A stretch of 64,000 nt of DNA from a candidate division WWE3 bacterium RIFOXYC1_FULL_40_10 (GCA_001773215.1 MEWB01000001.1:151108-215107); one strand, 5' to 3'. Positions 29,732-39,333 are shown, numbered from the stretch's first letter. Translations and numbers: made by a program. The notes: generated by a model from the letters alone, not told the origin.

Positions 29732-31054
29732 ATGTTAGATCAATCAAAAGTACATGTTCCGCCTCACGACATCGACGCCGAGAGATCGGTACTTGGTTCT
29801 ATCCTAATAGATAAAGACGCTATTGTGAAGGTAGTGGAGTTTCTGCGCCCAGAGCACTTCTACAAAGATTCACACAAACTTATATTTGAAGCAGTTCTCA
29901 GCCTCTATGAGCAGAGGGAGCCGGCGGATTTAATAACAGTACCTAACGAATTACGTCGAACCGGGAATTTAGAACGATGTGGGGGAGTGGCAAATCTAAC
30001 AGAACTAGTCAACTCCATTCCAACAACAGCTAACGTGGAGTCTTATGCGAGAATCATCCATGAGGGTGCTACGCGAAGAAATTTGATTAGGGTGGCGGCT
30101 GATATAAACGAGCTGGTTTTTAGTGAAGCGCCTTTATCAGAGGTTATGGACAGATCTGAACAGATATTGTACTCAGTAGCTCAAGATAGGGTGTATCAGG
30201 AATTTGTGCCGGTGAGGCAAACTTTGGAAGTTACGTTCGAGAGGCTCGAGGAGTTAAGCCGAAATAGGGGAGAGATGAGAGGAATTCCAACGGGTCTCAA
30301 AAATTTAGACAGGCTATTGAACGGGCTTCAGAAGGAAAATCTAATTATTTTGGCAGGACGACCTTCGGTGGGAAAATCGGCTTTGGCGATTAACATGGTA
30401 CAGTATGCCGCCACGAATAAGGATGCAGGTGTTGCCATATTTTCACTTGAGATGAGCAAAGAAAGCATTGTGGATAGAATGATCTCATCCCAAGCAGGTA
30501 TTGATAACTGGAAAATTGCAACCGGAAATCTAAGTGAGGAAGACTTTGAGAAATATGGAATAGCATCGGGGGAGTTAGCGGAAGCCGCTATATATATTGA
30601 CGACACTCCGGGGTTAAGTGTTCTGGAAATGAGAACAAAAGCCCGAAGACTAATGTCGGAAAGAAAAATAGACTTGATAGTTATCGATTACCTACAACTT
30701 ATTCAGCCACCTAAAGCCGAAAGTAGGGTACAGGAAGTATCCGCAATTTCCCTGGCGCTAAAGAACTTAGCTAGGGAGTTGAAAGTTCCTGTTGTAGCTC
30801 TATCCCAGCTATCGCGAGCAGTAGAGCAGAGAGGGGGAGCAAATAAACCTCAACTATCGGATCTAAGGGACTCAGGTTCTATTGAACAGGATGCCGACGT
30901 GGTCATGTTTGTGTATCGTCCCGATGATGAGGATAGGACATCCGCTCGCTTATTTTTAGCGAAACACAGAAACGGGCCTACCGGAGAAATTGACCTCTTC
31001 TTTAAGCAGGAATACACAAGATTCTACGAGGTTGAAAGACAAAGAGAAGATTAG
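29732..31054 (+). CDS. dnaB: Replicative DNA helicase DnaB
   Basis: N-terminal PPHDIDAERSVLGSIL. Walker A LAGRPSVGKSALAINM. IDYLQLI and RecA-like C-terminus. Confidence 0.9.
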   Translation: MLDQSKVHVPPHDIDAERSVLGSILIDKDAIVKVVEFLRPEHFYKDSHKLIFEAVLSLYEQREPADLITVPNELRRTGNLERCGGVANLTELVNSIPTTANVESYARIIHEGATRRNLIRVAADINELVFSEAPLSEVMDRSEQILYSVAQDRVYQEFVPVRQTLEVTFERLEELSRNRGEMRGIPTGLKNLDRLLNGLQKENLIILAGRPSVGKSALAINMVQYAATNKDAGVAIFSLEMSKESIVDRMISSQAGIDNWKIATGNLSEEDFEKYGIASGELAEAAIYIDDTPGLSVLEMRTKARRLMSERKIDLIVIDYLQLIQPPKAESRVQEVSAISLALKNLARELKVPVVALSQLSRAVEQRGGANKPQLSDLRDSGSIEQDADVVMFVYRPDDEDRTSARLFLAKHRNGPTGEIDLFFKQEYTRFYEVERQRED

Positions 31055-31539
31055 ATCTTTTCTTCCCATAGAGGCCTTACAGTAGATGGTAAAGGGATTG
31101 GCAGCCTATTTAGACTTATAAACTCCTCGATTTTTTTTAAATCCTCCTTGTCCCTTTCTCTATGGTTGATCAGCTTTTCTCTTATTATGTATTCAAGATT
31201 AACTAGCCGAACCCCCTGTACTATTTCGGACGTATCGATCAGTTCGTTAATATTCCACTCACCTGTGATCCATTTATTTGATATTTCTATATTACCTTCA
31301 AACAGAATGAGTTCTCTACCATGATTGGATTTTGTGGGTTGTAGCACACCTTTGGTTTTTGCGATCTCCCATGCAGCTCCCCGGGCTATTACATCTAAAT
31401 CGTGTAATTCTTGGGTGATGTTATAAACCCACAGAGGAGCGCTTCCAAAAATGGCGTAGTCTCCTGACGGCATTCCTAAGGAAAGCAGTTGTTGAAACTT
31501 TGTTTCGGCCGCTAGATTTCGAGTAGGTAGGTTAAACAT
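31051..31539 (-). CDS. Hypothetical protein with minimal nucleotidyltransferase (MNT)-like motif
   Basis: FGSAPLWVYNITQELHDLDVIA = hGS-x(12)-DhDh pattern of pol-beta-fold minimal NTases. Overlaps dnaB stop (convergent). Confidence 0.35.
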   Translation of the reverse strand: MFNLPTRNLAAETKFQQLLSLGMPSGDYAIFGSAPLWVYNITQELHDLDVIARGAAWEIAKTKGVLQPTKSNHGRELILFEGNIEISNKWITGEWNINELIDTSEIVQGVRLVNLEYIIREKLINHRERDKEDLKKIEEFISLNRLPIPLPSTVRPLWEEKI

Positions 31540-31586
31540 TTCACTATTATATATGGAATAAGTTTAGTGGTACAATATCTGCGTTG

Positions 31587-31674
31587 GCCGTGGTGGCGGA
31601 ATGGCAGACGCGAAGGTCTCAAAAACCTTTGTCCTTCACTGGGCATGTGAGTTCGACTCTCACCCACGGCACCA
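31587..31674 (+). tRNA. tRNA-Leu (anticodon CAA), class II with long variable arm, encoded CCA
   Basis: Acceptor GCCGTGG/CCACGGC, anticodon stem AAGGT/ACCTT with loop CTCAAAA, long variable arm, T-arm GTGAG-TTCGACT-CTCAC, discriminator A + CCA. Confidence 0.8.
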
Positions 31675-31688
31675 TAGGATTTAATTAT

Positions 31689-32243
31689 ATGAATGTTACA
31701 GACTTAAAAAACGGAACTATATATCAGGAAAATGGACAACCTCTTTTGGTTGTTAAATACGAGCATATAAAGGTGAGTAGGGGAGGGGCAACTGTAAAAG
31801 TGAAGGTCAAAAACTTGCTCACCGGGCAAGTATTGGAGAAGTCATATGTTGCTTCTGGGCATGTCGAGAGGGCAGACGTTTACAGGAAAAATGCGCAGTA
31901 CCTGTATAAGGAAGGCGAAAATTATTATTTTATGGATCCCGACAGTTTTGAGCAGTTCTTTGTTGATAAGGAAGTAATGGGGGATAGCTACCGCTTTTTA
32001 GTCGAGGGCCAAAAAGTGCAGGCACTATATTTCAATGGCAATGCAGTGTCGATGGAATTACCTATTTCCATGATATTCGAGGTTTCATACACGGAGCCCG
32101 GTTACAAAGGGAATACCGTTTCGAACGTTTTAAAAAGTGCCACACTTGATAATGGTGCTGAAGTGAGAGTTCCTATCTTTATTAAAATCGGCGATAAGGT
32201 TAAAATAGATACGAGAGATGGTTCGTACGTATCTAAAGCCTAA
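31689..32243 (+). CDS. efp: Elongation factor P
   Basis: MNVTDLKNGTIYQENGQPLLVVKYEHIKVSRGGATVKVKVKNLLTGQVLEKSY matches EF-P KOW-like N-domain. The ORF-track start at 31584 overlaps the tRNA, so the real start is ATG 31689. Confidence 0.85.
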   Translation: MNVTDLKNGTIYQENGQPLLVVKYEHIKVSRGGATVKVKVKNLLTGQVLEKSYVASGHVERADVYRKNAQYLYKEGENYYFMDPDSFEQFFVDKEVMGDSYRFLVEGQKVQALYFNGNAVSMELPISMIFEVSYTEPGYKGNTVSNVLKSATLDNGAEVRVPIFIKIGDKVKIDTRDGSYVSKA

Positions 32244-32245
32244 TT

Positions 32246-33211
32246 ATGCCTATTTCTATATCGCTAACCGATTCAGCATTAATTTTACAAATACTCGGGG
32301 TAGTATTTGGGCTTTTTGTTATCTGGTACGAGGCGAGAAAAGACGGGTTTGACGATCATAGGATTTTTGACATCGCATTCTCCTCGTCAATAATAGGCTA
32401 CGTTGTATATTATGGTTTGGGTTTTCTTAGAAACTGGCTTAGTATTTATTACCTTAACAATATCCTACTTAAGTTACTAACAGTTCCTGCAATTTTATTA
32501 CTTTGCTTCTGTTTTATGTTGGCAATGGTACTAATCGGGTTGAGAAAATCCCGATGGTCTTTGTATAGAATTTTGGATATTTATTCATTAGGATGGGCAG
32601 GTTTTTTGCTTTTTATATCAATGTCCACATTTTCGTTAAAGACTATATTATTAGGTGCGTTCCTGCTGTTAGTCCCAAGATATAGAAGCAGAAGGTTCGT
32701 TTCGGGGTTAAGTTTCTCTGCGTTTTGTTTTATGTTAGCACTCTTTTCGATATATTCCTGGGAAGACTTATCACGATTTACTTTGAGCCTAATTTTGGTT
32801 ATCATTGGGATGCTGAATTTAGTCTTTTTTTCGAGGAAATTTATGCTAAAAAATATATTACCATCAAATCTTATAGCCCAGATTCGCAATAAATTGTTGG
32901 CAAAGAAAAAGAACTTGGATTTGCAGCAAGATTTGCTTGAGAAGGAAGATCCCTACAAAAGGGAAGGGCGTGATATTGAAAGCTCTGAGGCCCTGGAGGA
33001 GGCTGTGTTCGAAGATGCTAGAAAGGTGGACATTGAGAGGACAAAAGAAAGAATTGAGGACGCTTCGGAAGACGTTGAGGGTGCTTTAAAGTCTATTGAG
33101 GCAGGAACATATGGTATATGCTCAGTTTGCGGAAAACCTATCGATAAAGCTCGCCTGGAGGTATATCCCGAAGCTGATAAATGTATAGAATGTGCTGAAG
33201 ATGAGGCCTAG
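32246..33211 (+). CDS. Polytopic membrane domain (about 200 aa) fused in-frame to C-terminal DksA/TraR-type C4 zinc-finger domain
   Basis: C-terminus ...GTYGICSVCGKPIDKARLEVYPEADKCIECA (CxxC-x17-CxxC DksA/TraR zinc finger) preceded by acidic coiled-coil. N-terminal about 200 aa are strongly hydrophobic. Single uninterrupted ORF. Confidence 0.5.
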   Translation: MPISISLTDSALILQILGVVFGLFVIWYEARKDGFDDHRIFDIAFSSSIIGYVVYYGLGFLRNWLSIYYLNNILLKLLTVPAILLLCFCFMLAMVLIGLRKSRWSLYRILDIYSLGWAGFLLFISMSTFSLKTILLGAFLLLVPRYRSRRFVSGLSFSAFCFMLALFSIYSWEDLSRFTLSLILVIIGMLNLVFFSRKFMLKNILPSNLIAQIRNKLLAKKKNLDLQQDLLEKEDPYKREGRDIESSEALEEAVFEDARKVDIERTKERIEDASEDVEGALKSIEAGTYGICSVCGKPIDKARLEVYPEADKCIECAEDEA

Positions 33212-33545
33212 TTTAGTACCCGTATTCAACTGCGACTACTTATTCAATAACTCCTTACCATTGTGGATATATTTGTCGCTTTGTGTCATAATTCTACTTG
33301 TCTCAATGGCACTTCTAAGGAAGATGATTAACACGTCTTTTTTTGGGTATGTAGGGCTTTTCCTTATATTCTTGGGAGGAATGGGCAATTTAGTAGAAAG
33401 AGGAACAACAGGATGTGTAAAAGATTATCTAGATTTTATGGGAATGGTTCATTTTAATGTAAATGACGTTTTAGTATCTTTTGGAATAGCAGTTCTAATC
33501 GTAGTAATAGTATATGATAAAACCAACAATAATATATCAGGATGA
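33192..33545 (+). CDS. lspA: Lipoprotein signal peptidase II (short or N-terminally diverged form)
   Basis: GGMGNLVERG...VKDYLDF...FNVNDVLVSFG matches LspA motifs (GGAxGNLxDR, VVDF, FNVAD). N-terminal NxGAAF motif not seen. Conserved lspA-rluD neighbourhood. Confidence 0.6.
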   Translation: MLKMRPSLVPVFNCDYLFNNSLPLWIYLSLCVIILLVSMALLRKMINTSFFGYVGLFLIFLGGMGNLVERGTTGCVKDYLDFMGMVHFNVNDVLVSFGIAVLIVVIVYDKTNNNISG

Positions 33546-34230
33546 TTTTCTTGCAGTTATAGATAAACCATCGGGGCTAGTAGTGAATCGGTCAGAGACT
33601 GCACCGGTTTATACGCTACAAGACTTTATAGATCAAAACATCACTCTAAAGGTGGATTCGGGGTTTGAGGAAATAGCAGACGATTATCTAGGACGCTCAG
33701 GGTTGGTACATAGAATAGATAAGGATACGTCTGGATTGCTATTAGTAGCCAAGGACACAACCACCTTTCTTAAGTTACTAGCCATGTTCAAAAAGAAGAC
33801 AATAAACAAAGAATACCTGGTACTAGTACACGGAGTTATAAAAGAAGCAAATTTTGTAATTAATGCCCCTATAGGAAGAAATCCTGTCGACCGACAGAAA
33901 TTCGGAATAGTAGAAGGTGGCAGAGACTCAAAAACTAAATTCGAGAAAATCAAGAGTCTAGTAATTGGAGAGGATGAGTTCACATACCTAAAAGCCTACC
34001 CTGTGACGGGCAGAACCCATCAAATACGAGTACATCTATCAGCCTTGGGACACCCTGTGGTGGGGGATGTTACTTACTGTTCCAGAAAAAAACTGAGAGC
34101 GACTGACAAGCTATTCAATCGGATGATGTTGCATGCCCATAAGATTTCCTTTATCCACCCTATAACTCAGAGAGCCGAAAACTTTATATCCCCGGTACCC
34201 ACAGAGTTTTTACTTGAAAAGTATCTATAA
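33514..34230 (+). CDS. rluD: RluA-family pseudouridine synthase (RluD-like)
   Basis: Catalytic HRIDKDTSGLLLVAK motif. About 240 aa. Confidence 0.8.
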   Translation: MIKPTIIYQDDFLAVIDKPSGLVVNRSETAPVYTLQDFIDQNITLKVDSGFEEIADDYLGRSGLVHRIDKDTSGLLLVAKDTTTFLKLLAMFKKKTINKEYLVLVHGVIKEANFVINAPIGRNPVDRQKFGIVEGGRDSKTKFEKIKSLVIGEDEFTYLKAYPVTGRTHQIRVHLSALGHPVVGDVTYCSRKKLRATDKLFNRMMLHAHKISFIHPITQRAENFISPVPTEFLLEKYL

Positions 34231-34273
34231 CAAAACTCTTTTCATAACCTATGCTGATGTATTATGATAGTGT

Positions 34274-35320
34274 GTGATGTCAGCTGCTGCCCGAAAGAAA
34301 TTGAAAAAAAGAATAGTTAAGTTGAAGAGAGCGGTGCTTGGAAGAGCCGCTAAAAAGAGAGTTGTGAAGTACTCTACACTACTAATTCTTGTAGGACTAT
34401 CGTGTTTATTCCTAGCGCTATCCTCAATATATAAGTATTTAAATCAAAATTATGCATGGGCTGTAGAGAAGTCGTCCTATCCAACTGGCACCGGTACTGT
34501 TACAATGGCCTACGCTGTTAAGGACGGGGAAAGACTTAATGAAATCAGATACATAATATTCGATAAGAGTAACCAACGGGTGTTTATCTATGATATGTCT
34601 CCCGATATGGTGTTCGATGTTCCCGGTGGGTTTGGCTATGAAAAAATCGGAACTTTACCTTTGCTTGCCACTTTAAAAGGAGAGAACTCCGAGGAAAAGT
34701 TAACAGAGTTATTAAGAAACACGTTGCTTGGAATATTTTCCTATAATGTTGATCACTATATTGTGGTCCAGAATAAAGTGAGCGTGGAATTTAATCGGTT
34801 TTTTATCGAAGGAAACAGTTTGAAAGCGCTGAATCCTGCATTTATACATGATGTACGGAGCAGTGTGAGTACGGATCTTACTTTAAAAGACTTGTATGAG
34901 TTTTCGACATTGATAAATGGGTTGCCGGAGGATAGGGTATACAAGATAGCTGTAGACGGTTCCGGTGCAATTTTGGAAGAGATGAGTGATCTTTCTATGG
35001 ATTCTGTTCTAGCCAGGGAAAGAAAGAGCATCGCGGTATTGAACGGTACTCCATTGTCGGGAATAGCAGGCCGCACAGCCAAAATAGTTGAAAACATGGG
35101 TGGTAGCGTAATTGCAGTCGGGAATACAGTAAGGAAATTCGAAACGAGCAGCTTAATAGTTGACGACTTGGATTCAGCCAGTGCTTTGTTTTTGAAACAG
35201 GTTTTTGGTATTTCGGTAGTGGAGTCAAAGGATACAACTCAGTTATATGATGTTAGCGAGGTAGACAGGGCGGATATGACACTAATTATTGGTGTTGACA
35301 TCGCTAACAAGCTGTATTAA
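34274..35320 (+). CDS. LytR-CpsA-Psr (LCP)-family cell-envelope protein with LytR_C-like C-terminal domain
   Basis: N-terminal TM anchor. Central ...IYDMSPDMVFDVPGGFGYEKIGTL... similar to LCP core. C-terminal IAVLNGTPLSGIAGRTAKIVENMGGSVIAVGN like LytR_C. Confidence 0.5.
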   Translation: MMSAAARKKLKKRIVKLKRAVLGRAAKKRVVKYSTLLILVGLSCLFLALSSIYKYLNQNYAWAVEKSSYPTGTGTVTMAYAVKDGERLNEIRYIIFDKSNQRVFIYDMSPDMVFDVPGGFGYEKIGTLPLLATLKGENSEEKLTELLRNTLLGIFSYNVDHYIVVQNKVSVEFNRFFIEGNSLKALNPAFIHDVRSSVSTDLTLKDLYEFSTLINGLPEDRVYKIAVDGSGAILEEMSDLSMDSVLARERKSIAVLNGTPLSGIAGRTAKIVENMGGSVIAVGNTVRKFETSSLIVDDLDSASALFLKQVFGISVVESKDTTQLYDVSEVDRADMTLIIGVDIANKLY

Positions 35321-35346
35321 AATACACCTGTACTCTCTCCTTTCTA

Positions 35347-35380
35347 CCCCCGCTCCAAATTAGGGCGGGGGTTTTATTTG
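35347..35380 (+). terminator. Rho-independent terminator after LCP gene
   Basis: CCCCCGC-tccaaattagg-GCGGGGG followed by TTTTATTTGTTTT. Confidence 0.55.
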
Positions 35381-35387
35381 TTTTAAA

Positions 35388-37907
35388 ATGAATACACAAT
35401 ACTTAGTAATATTAGGCACAGTAGCAGTCATTTTAATCTTCATAATTATTAAGAAGCTAAGATCTGTTGATAAAACCGATTTCGGAAAGGTTGAGATGGG
35501 TGACTTTGAGGTATTGGAAATACAGCTGAGTAGGGATACGGAAGAGAAAGGTGAGGCACAGGCCCCGGCACTGCTTGTGGAAAATATGTTTTCAGCACTA
35601 CACGGACTATTAAGATCGGATCCCACAGTGCAGGAACACTTTTCGTTTGAGATTGCGGCCTCAGGAGATACAGGTGTTAGGTTTTACGTTGCTGTGCCCA
35701 GAAATATCATGAAATTTGTCGAGAGTCAGATATATGCACAGTTACCTGATTCTCGTATCGAAGTTGTCACTGACTATACCAAGGAGCTGTTACCTACCAA
35801 AGAAAATTATCAAACTTCCCTTTTAAAACTGGGAAAGCCATCTTTTTTCCCCATAAGAAGCTTCAGAGAATTCGAGGTTGATCCCTTGGCTTCACTAATT
35901 GCTTCTATTTCTTCTCTAAGTGTAGATGAAAAGGTTTGGATACAGGTTGTGGTAAGGCCTTTGGCAGATGTATGGCAAAAAGAAGGCATGACATATGTTA
36001 ATACTATCCGAGAAGGAAGAGTTTACGGATCTAACCCCTCACCCGTTGGAACAGCAGTTGGGGCTCTAAAAAAAGAGTTTGGAGCAATTTTAATAGGTGC
36101 GTTGATAGGTTTGATCTCACCTCCAAAATCGGAATTTGAATCCGGTAAGGGAGCGCCCAAACCCGTTTTGCCTCCTCGGCTTTCAGCTTCTCAGGAACTT
36201 GATTTAAGGGCAATCGAGAATAAATTGTCTCGAATGGGCTTTTACGTCTCAGTTAGAGTCCTGGCTTCTTGCGGAAGTAATGAAAAGGTGGACAGCCGGT
36301 TAAGGGCCGTTCTAGCGTCACTAAACCAGTTTAGTATAGCCAATTTAAATGGGTTTGTTGCAGAAATAGACAAAGATCACGCGCAATCCTTTAGGGACTA
36401 TACAAATAGGGTGATATCTTATCCCGAAAGCTTCATCTTAAGCACAGAGGAATTAGCCTCGGTTTATCATTATCCCTCCGGAAGTTTTGAAGCGCCGAAC
36501 ATTTCATGGGTATACTCCAAAAGTTCGGAGCCGCCAAGCAATCTTCCTACTGAAGACTGTGTATACATAGGAGAAACTATGTTTAGGAATAAAAAAGTCA
36601 AATTTGGCATTAAAAATGGGGATGACAGACTAAGACATATGTATCTAATAGGAAAGTCGGGTACTGGGAAGTCCACTCTTATATATACTATGGCTTGTCA
36701 GGATATCAAGAATGGCGCCGGGGTAGGTGTGCTCGATCCTCACGGTGAGACTATCGAAAGTATATTAGAGAGGATACCTGATAACAGAATTGATGATGTT
36801 GTTATAGTAGATCCTTCAGATTCTGAGCGGCCTGTTGGATTGAACCTGCTTGAAATGGAGGATCCAAGTCAGAAGAATCTTATGGCTTCGGGTTTGGTGG
36901 CCGCAATTAAACAACACTTTGAATATTCCTGGGGTCCCCGTTTGGAATACCTGCTAAACTATGCCATATTGACACTGTTAGACGTGCCGGGAACTTCGAT
37001 ACTAGGTATTACCAGACTATTAGAAGATCAAAATTACCAAAGATATATACTTCATCAGGTTAAAGATCCTGTGGTAGTGAGGTTTTGGGAAAAGGAGTAC
37101 AAAGAGATAAAGGGAAATCAAAAATTTGCTACCGAAGCTATAGCACCAATACAAAACAAGGTGAATAGATTTCTTGCTTCCAGTACCATTAGGGACATTC
37201 TCGGCCAGAAGAATTCTACAATTAACATTTGGGATATAATGAATTCGGGAAAAATTTTGTTAATTAACCTTTCAAAGGGGAAAATTGGCTCAGATAATGC
37301 AAATTTGCTGGGAGCTCTATTGGTTTCAAGAATCCAATTTTATGCCCTCCAACGCGCCAGGATACCTTACGAAAAAAGAACACCCTTCTATTTATATGTT
37401 GATGAATTCCAGAACTTTGCATCAGGTAGTTTTGGTGAGATCCTTTCGGAGTCGAGGAAATACAAATTAGGTTTATACCTTACCCATCAGTACACCGAGC
37501 AGCTACCTGAAGAATTGTTGCATGCTGTATATGGCAATGTAGGTACTTTACTTGCATTTTCGCTTGGTGCGCCAGATGCCAAAGCTCTAGAGCATGAGTT
37601 TGCGCCTTACTTTACTCAAGAGGACATTCTATCCTTAGAAAGATTCCAAGTTTATATTAAGTTAATGATTGATGGTATGACATCACACCCGTTTTCGGGT
37701 AGGATTCTAATTCCATGGTCGGATGAGTTACTAGGTACTATGATTCCAAAAACTCCCAATAGGGAACGTGTATTAGAGTTGAGCCGCCAAAAGTATGGAT
37801 CGGATAGAGCCACTGTGGAGGCCAAAATTGGCAAGTGGGTCGAAACACCATTCGATAAAGGTATGGCAATCGCCCAGGAGAAAAGGACTCCTGATATGGT
37901 AAAATAA
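35388..37907 (+). CDS. Membrane-anchored VirB4/HerA/FtsK-superfamily P-loop ATPase (DUF87/AAA_10-like)
   Basis: N-terminal TM. Walker A YLIGKSGTGKSTLIY about residue 420. Walker B LYVDEFQNF. Downstream SESRKYKLGLYLTHQ arginine-finger/sensor block characteristic of HerA/VirB4/TraD clade. 839 aa with Walker A mid-protein as in VirB4. Confidence 0.55.
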   Translation: MNTQYLVILGTVAVILIFIIIKKLRSVDKTDFGKVEMGDFEVLEIQLSRDTEEKGEAQAPALLVENMFSALHGLLRSDPTVQEHFSFEIAASGDTGVRFYVAVPRNIMKFVESQIYAQLPDSRIEVVTDYTKELLPTKENYQTSLLKLGKPSFFPIRSFREFEVDPLASLIASISSLSVDEKVWIQVVVRPLADVWQKEGMTYVNTIREGRVYGSNPSPVGTAVGALKKEFGAILIGALIGLISPPKSEFESGKGAPKPVLPPRLSASQELDLRAIENKLSRMGFYVSVRVLASCGSNEKVDSRLRAVLASLNQFSIANLNGFVAEIDKDHAQSFRDYTNRVISYPESFILSTEELASVYHYPSGSFEAPNISWVYSKSSEPPSNLPTEDCVYIGETMFRNKKVKFGIKNGDDRLRHMYLIGKSGTGKSTLIYTMACQDIKNGAGVGVLDPHGETIESILERIPDNRIDDVVIVDPSDSERPVGLNLLEMEDPSQKNLMASGLVAAIKQHFEYSWGPRLEYLLNYAILTLLDVPGTSILGITRLLEDQNYQRYILHQVKDPVVVRFWEKEYKEIKGNQKFATEAIAPIQNKVNRFLASSTIRDILGQKNSTINIWDIMNSGKILLINLSKGKIGSDNANLLGALLVSRIQFYALQRARIPYEKRTPFYLYVDEFQNFASGSFGEILSESRKYKLGLYLTHQYTEQLPEELLHAVYGNVGTLLAFSLGAPDAKALEHEFAPYFTQEDILSLERFQVYIKLMIDGMTSHPFSGRILIPWSDELLGTMIPKTPNRERVLELSRQKYGSDRATVEAKIGKWVETPFDKGMAIAQEKRTPDMVK

Positions 37908-37912
37908 CTTTT

Positions 37913-38602
37913 ATGCAAGATAACGAACCACAAGAACTAAAAAGTTTCGAGAGAGTAAGACAGATACTTTGGGATCTTCAAAAAGATATCACCAAAGCAT
38001 TGGACGCAGTAAAGAGAATTGAGGAGGAAGAGAAAAGAAAGTACTATCAAACCATACCCGGAGTGGAAGGGGAGTTTGACGGAGAGTTTCTTGTGGACTC
38101 TTCCGGAAAAAAGCATGACGTTCCAAATAATTATTCAGCCAAATCTAGATTAGTGCATGGCGATCAGCTAAAAAGAATTGAGGACAATGAAGGTGTGGTA
38201 TATAAGCAAATTCATAAGGTAGACAGAGATAAAATAAAGGGAGTTTTGAACAAGAAAGAAGGTCAGTGGTATGTTTTAACTGACAAAGGAACGTTTAAGA
38301 TTTCCGACACTGCTGCTGAGTTCAATCACGCCGAAGTAAATGATGAGGCTGTGGCAATTATTCCAAGAGATAATCATAATGTCCCTTTTGCCGCCCTAGA
38401 TAGAGTTTTTAAGCCGGCAGGATCTCCCGCCACAGCTCCTATAAAGATCGAAAAGGTTGAGGTAAAGCTTTCCAAGCCAAAAAGTGAAAAAAAGCCTGAG
38501 CCCAAGAAAGCTGCTGCACCAGCGCCAAAGCCCGCAGAAAAAAGACCAATAAACAAAGAATTCGTTGCCGATATTTCGTTGGCTGATGATGATCTAAGGT
38601 AA
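37913..38602 (+). CDS. Hypothetical protein with K/A/P-rich C-terminal tail
   Basis: 229-aa ORF 6 nt downstream of ATPase gene. C-terminus KPKSEKKPEPKKAAAPAPKPAEKRP. Confidence 0.3.
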   Translation: MQDNEPQELKSFERVRQILWDLQKDITKALDAVKRIEEEEKRKYYQTIPGVEGEFDGEFLVDSSGKKHDVPNNYSAKSRLVHGDQLKRIEDNEGVVYKQIHKVDRDKIKGVLNKKEGQWYVLTDKGTFKISDTAAEFNHAEVNDEAVAIIPRDNHNVPFAALDRVFKPAGSPATAPIKIEKVEVKLSKPKSEKKPEPKKAAAPAPKPAEKRPINKEFVADISLADDDLR

Positions 38603-38610
38603 AAATCGGG

Positions 38611-39333
38611 CTACTGAGCTACTTCGCTTCCCTCGGGGGGAGTTTCCTCGTCGTCTAAGGTTCCTTTTTTGATATAAGGCCTGATTTCCTGCCTCCCTGA
38701 TCTAAAAACAGGTATTGTAGATCGTAGTAGTATAGTTATCATCTTCTCTTCCCCTTTTACAAAAGCAGCAGTGAATTTTCCGTCCATATCCGATGCTTCG
38801 TTTGCGCGTCTTACAACTTCGGGATTGTCAATCATTCCAACAGAAACCTTTGTTCCTTTTCGGATCTTTATAAGCTCTAACGATTTCTTCTTAACTCTAA
38901 TGTAAAGTTCCTCTCCCGGAGCAAATTCCCTAGCGGTTATGCCTTTTGCAGTGATTATACCAATACATTCGGTGCATTTACCGGGTTCCATCAGCAATGA
39001 TCGCGTGTTTACAGCCTCGTTTGTTTTTGCATCTGTCTGGTGGTTTTTGGCCAAATCTAAGTTTTTCAAGGCAACCGAGTTAATGGGATCCTTATCTAAC
39101 ACTTCTTTGAATACCTTGGTAGCCTTGGGGAATTGCCTAGTTTGGATCAATGCTCTACCCAATCTAAGTTTGGTGGCAATGTCGTTAGGGTACAGTGAGA
39201 GTATTTCTGAATTGAGTTCTACAGCCGAATCCCACTCGGCCTTAAGGGCAGCATCGATCGCTTTTTTAGAAAGTGATGAAAGCGTATGTTGCATAAGTGT
39301 AGATGATAAAGGAATATTAATTTTTGTCAACAA
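38611..39333 (-). CDS. Hypothetical protein with N-terminal TPR-like helical repeats
   Basis: N-terminal about 110 aa resemble TPR-like helical repeats (…ILSLYPNDIATKLRLGRALIQTRQFPKATKVFKEVLDKDP…). Rest unassigned. Confidence 0.3.
   Translation of the reverse strand: MLTKINIPLSSTLMQHTLSSLSKKAIDAALKAEWDSAVELNSEILSLYPNDIATKLRLGRALIQTRQFPKATKVFKEVLDKDPINSVALKNLDLAKNHQTDAKTNEAVNTRSLLMEPGKCTECIGIITAKGITAREFAPGEELYIRVKKKSLELIKIRKGTKVSVGMIDNPEVVRRANEASDMDGKFTAAFVKGEEKMITILLRSTIPVFRSGRQEIRPYIKKGTLDDEETPPEGSEVAQ

Noticed and set aside
31584-31688. N-terminal 35 codons of the ORF-track version of efp (start 31584)
   Set aside because: This segment is the tRNA-Leu gene itself (31587..31674). EF-P alignment begins at MNVTDLKNG (ATG 31689).
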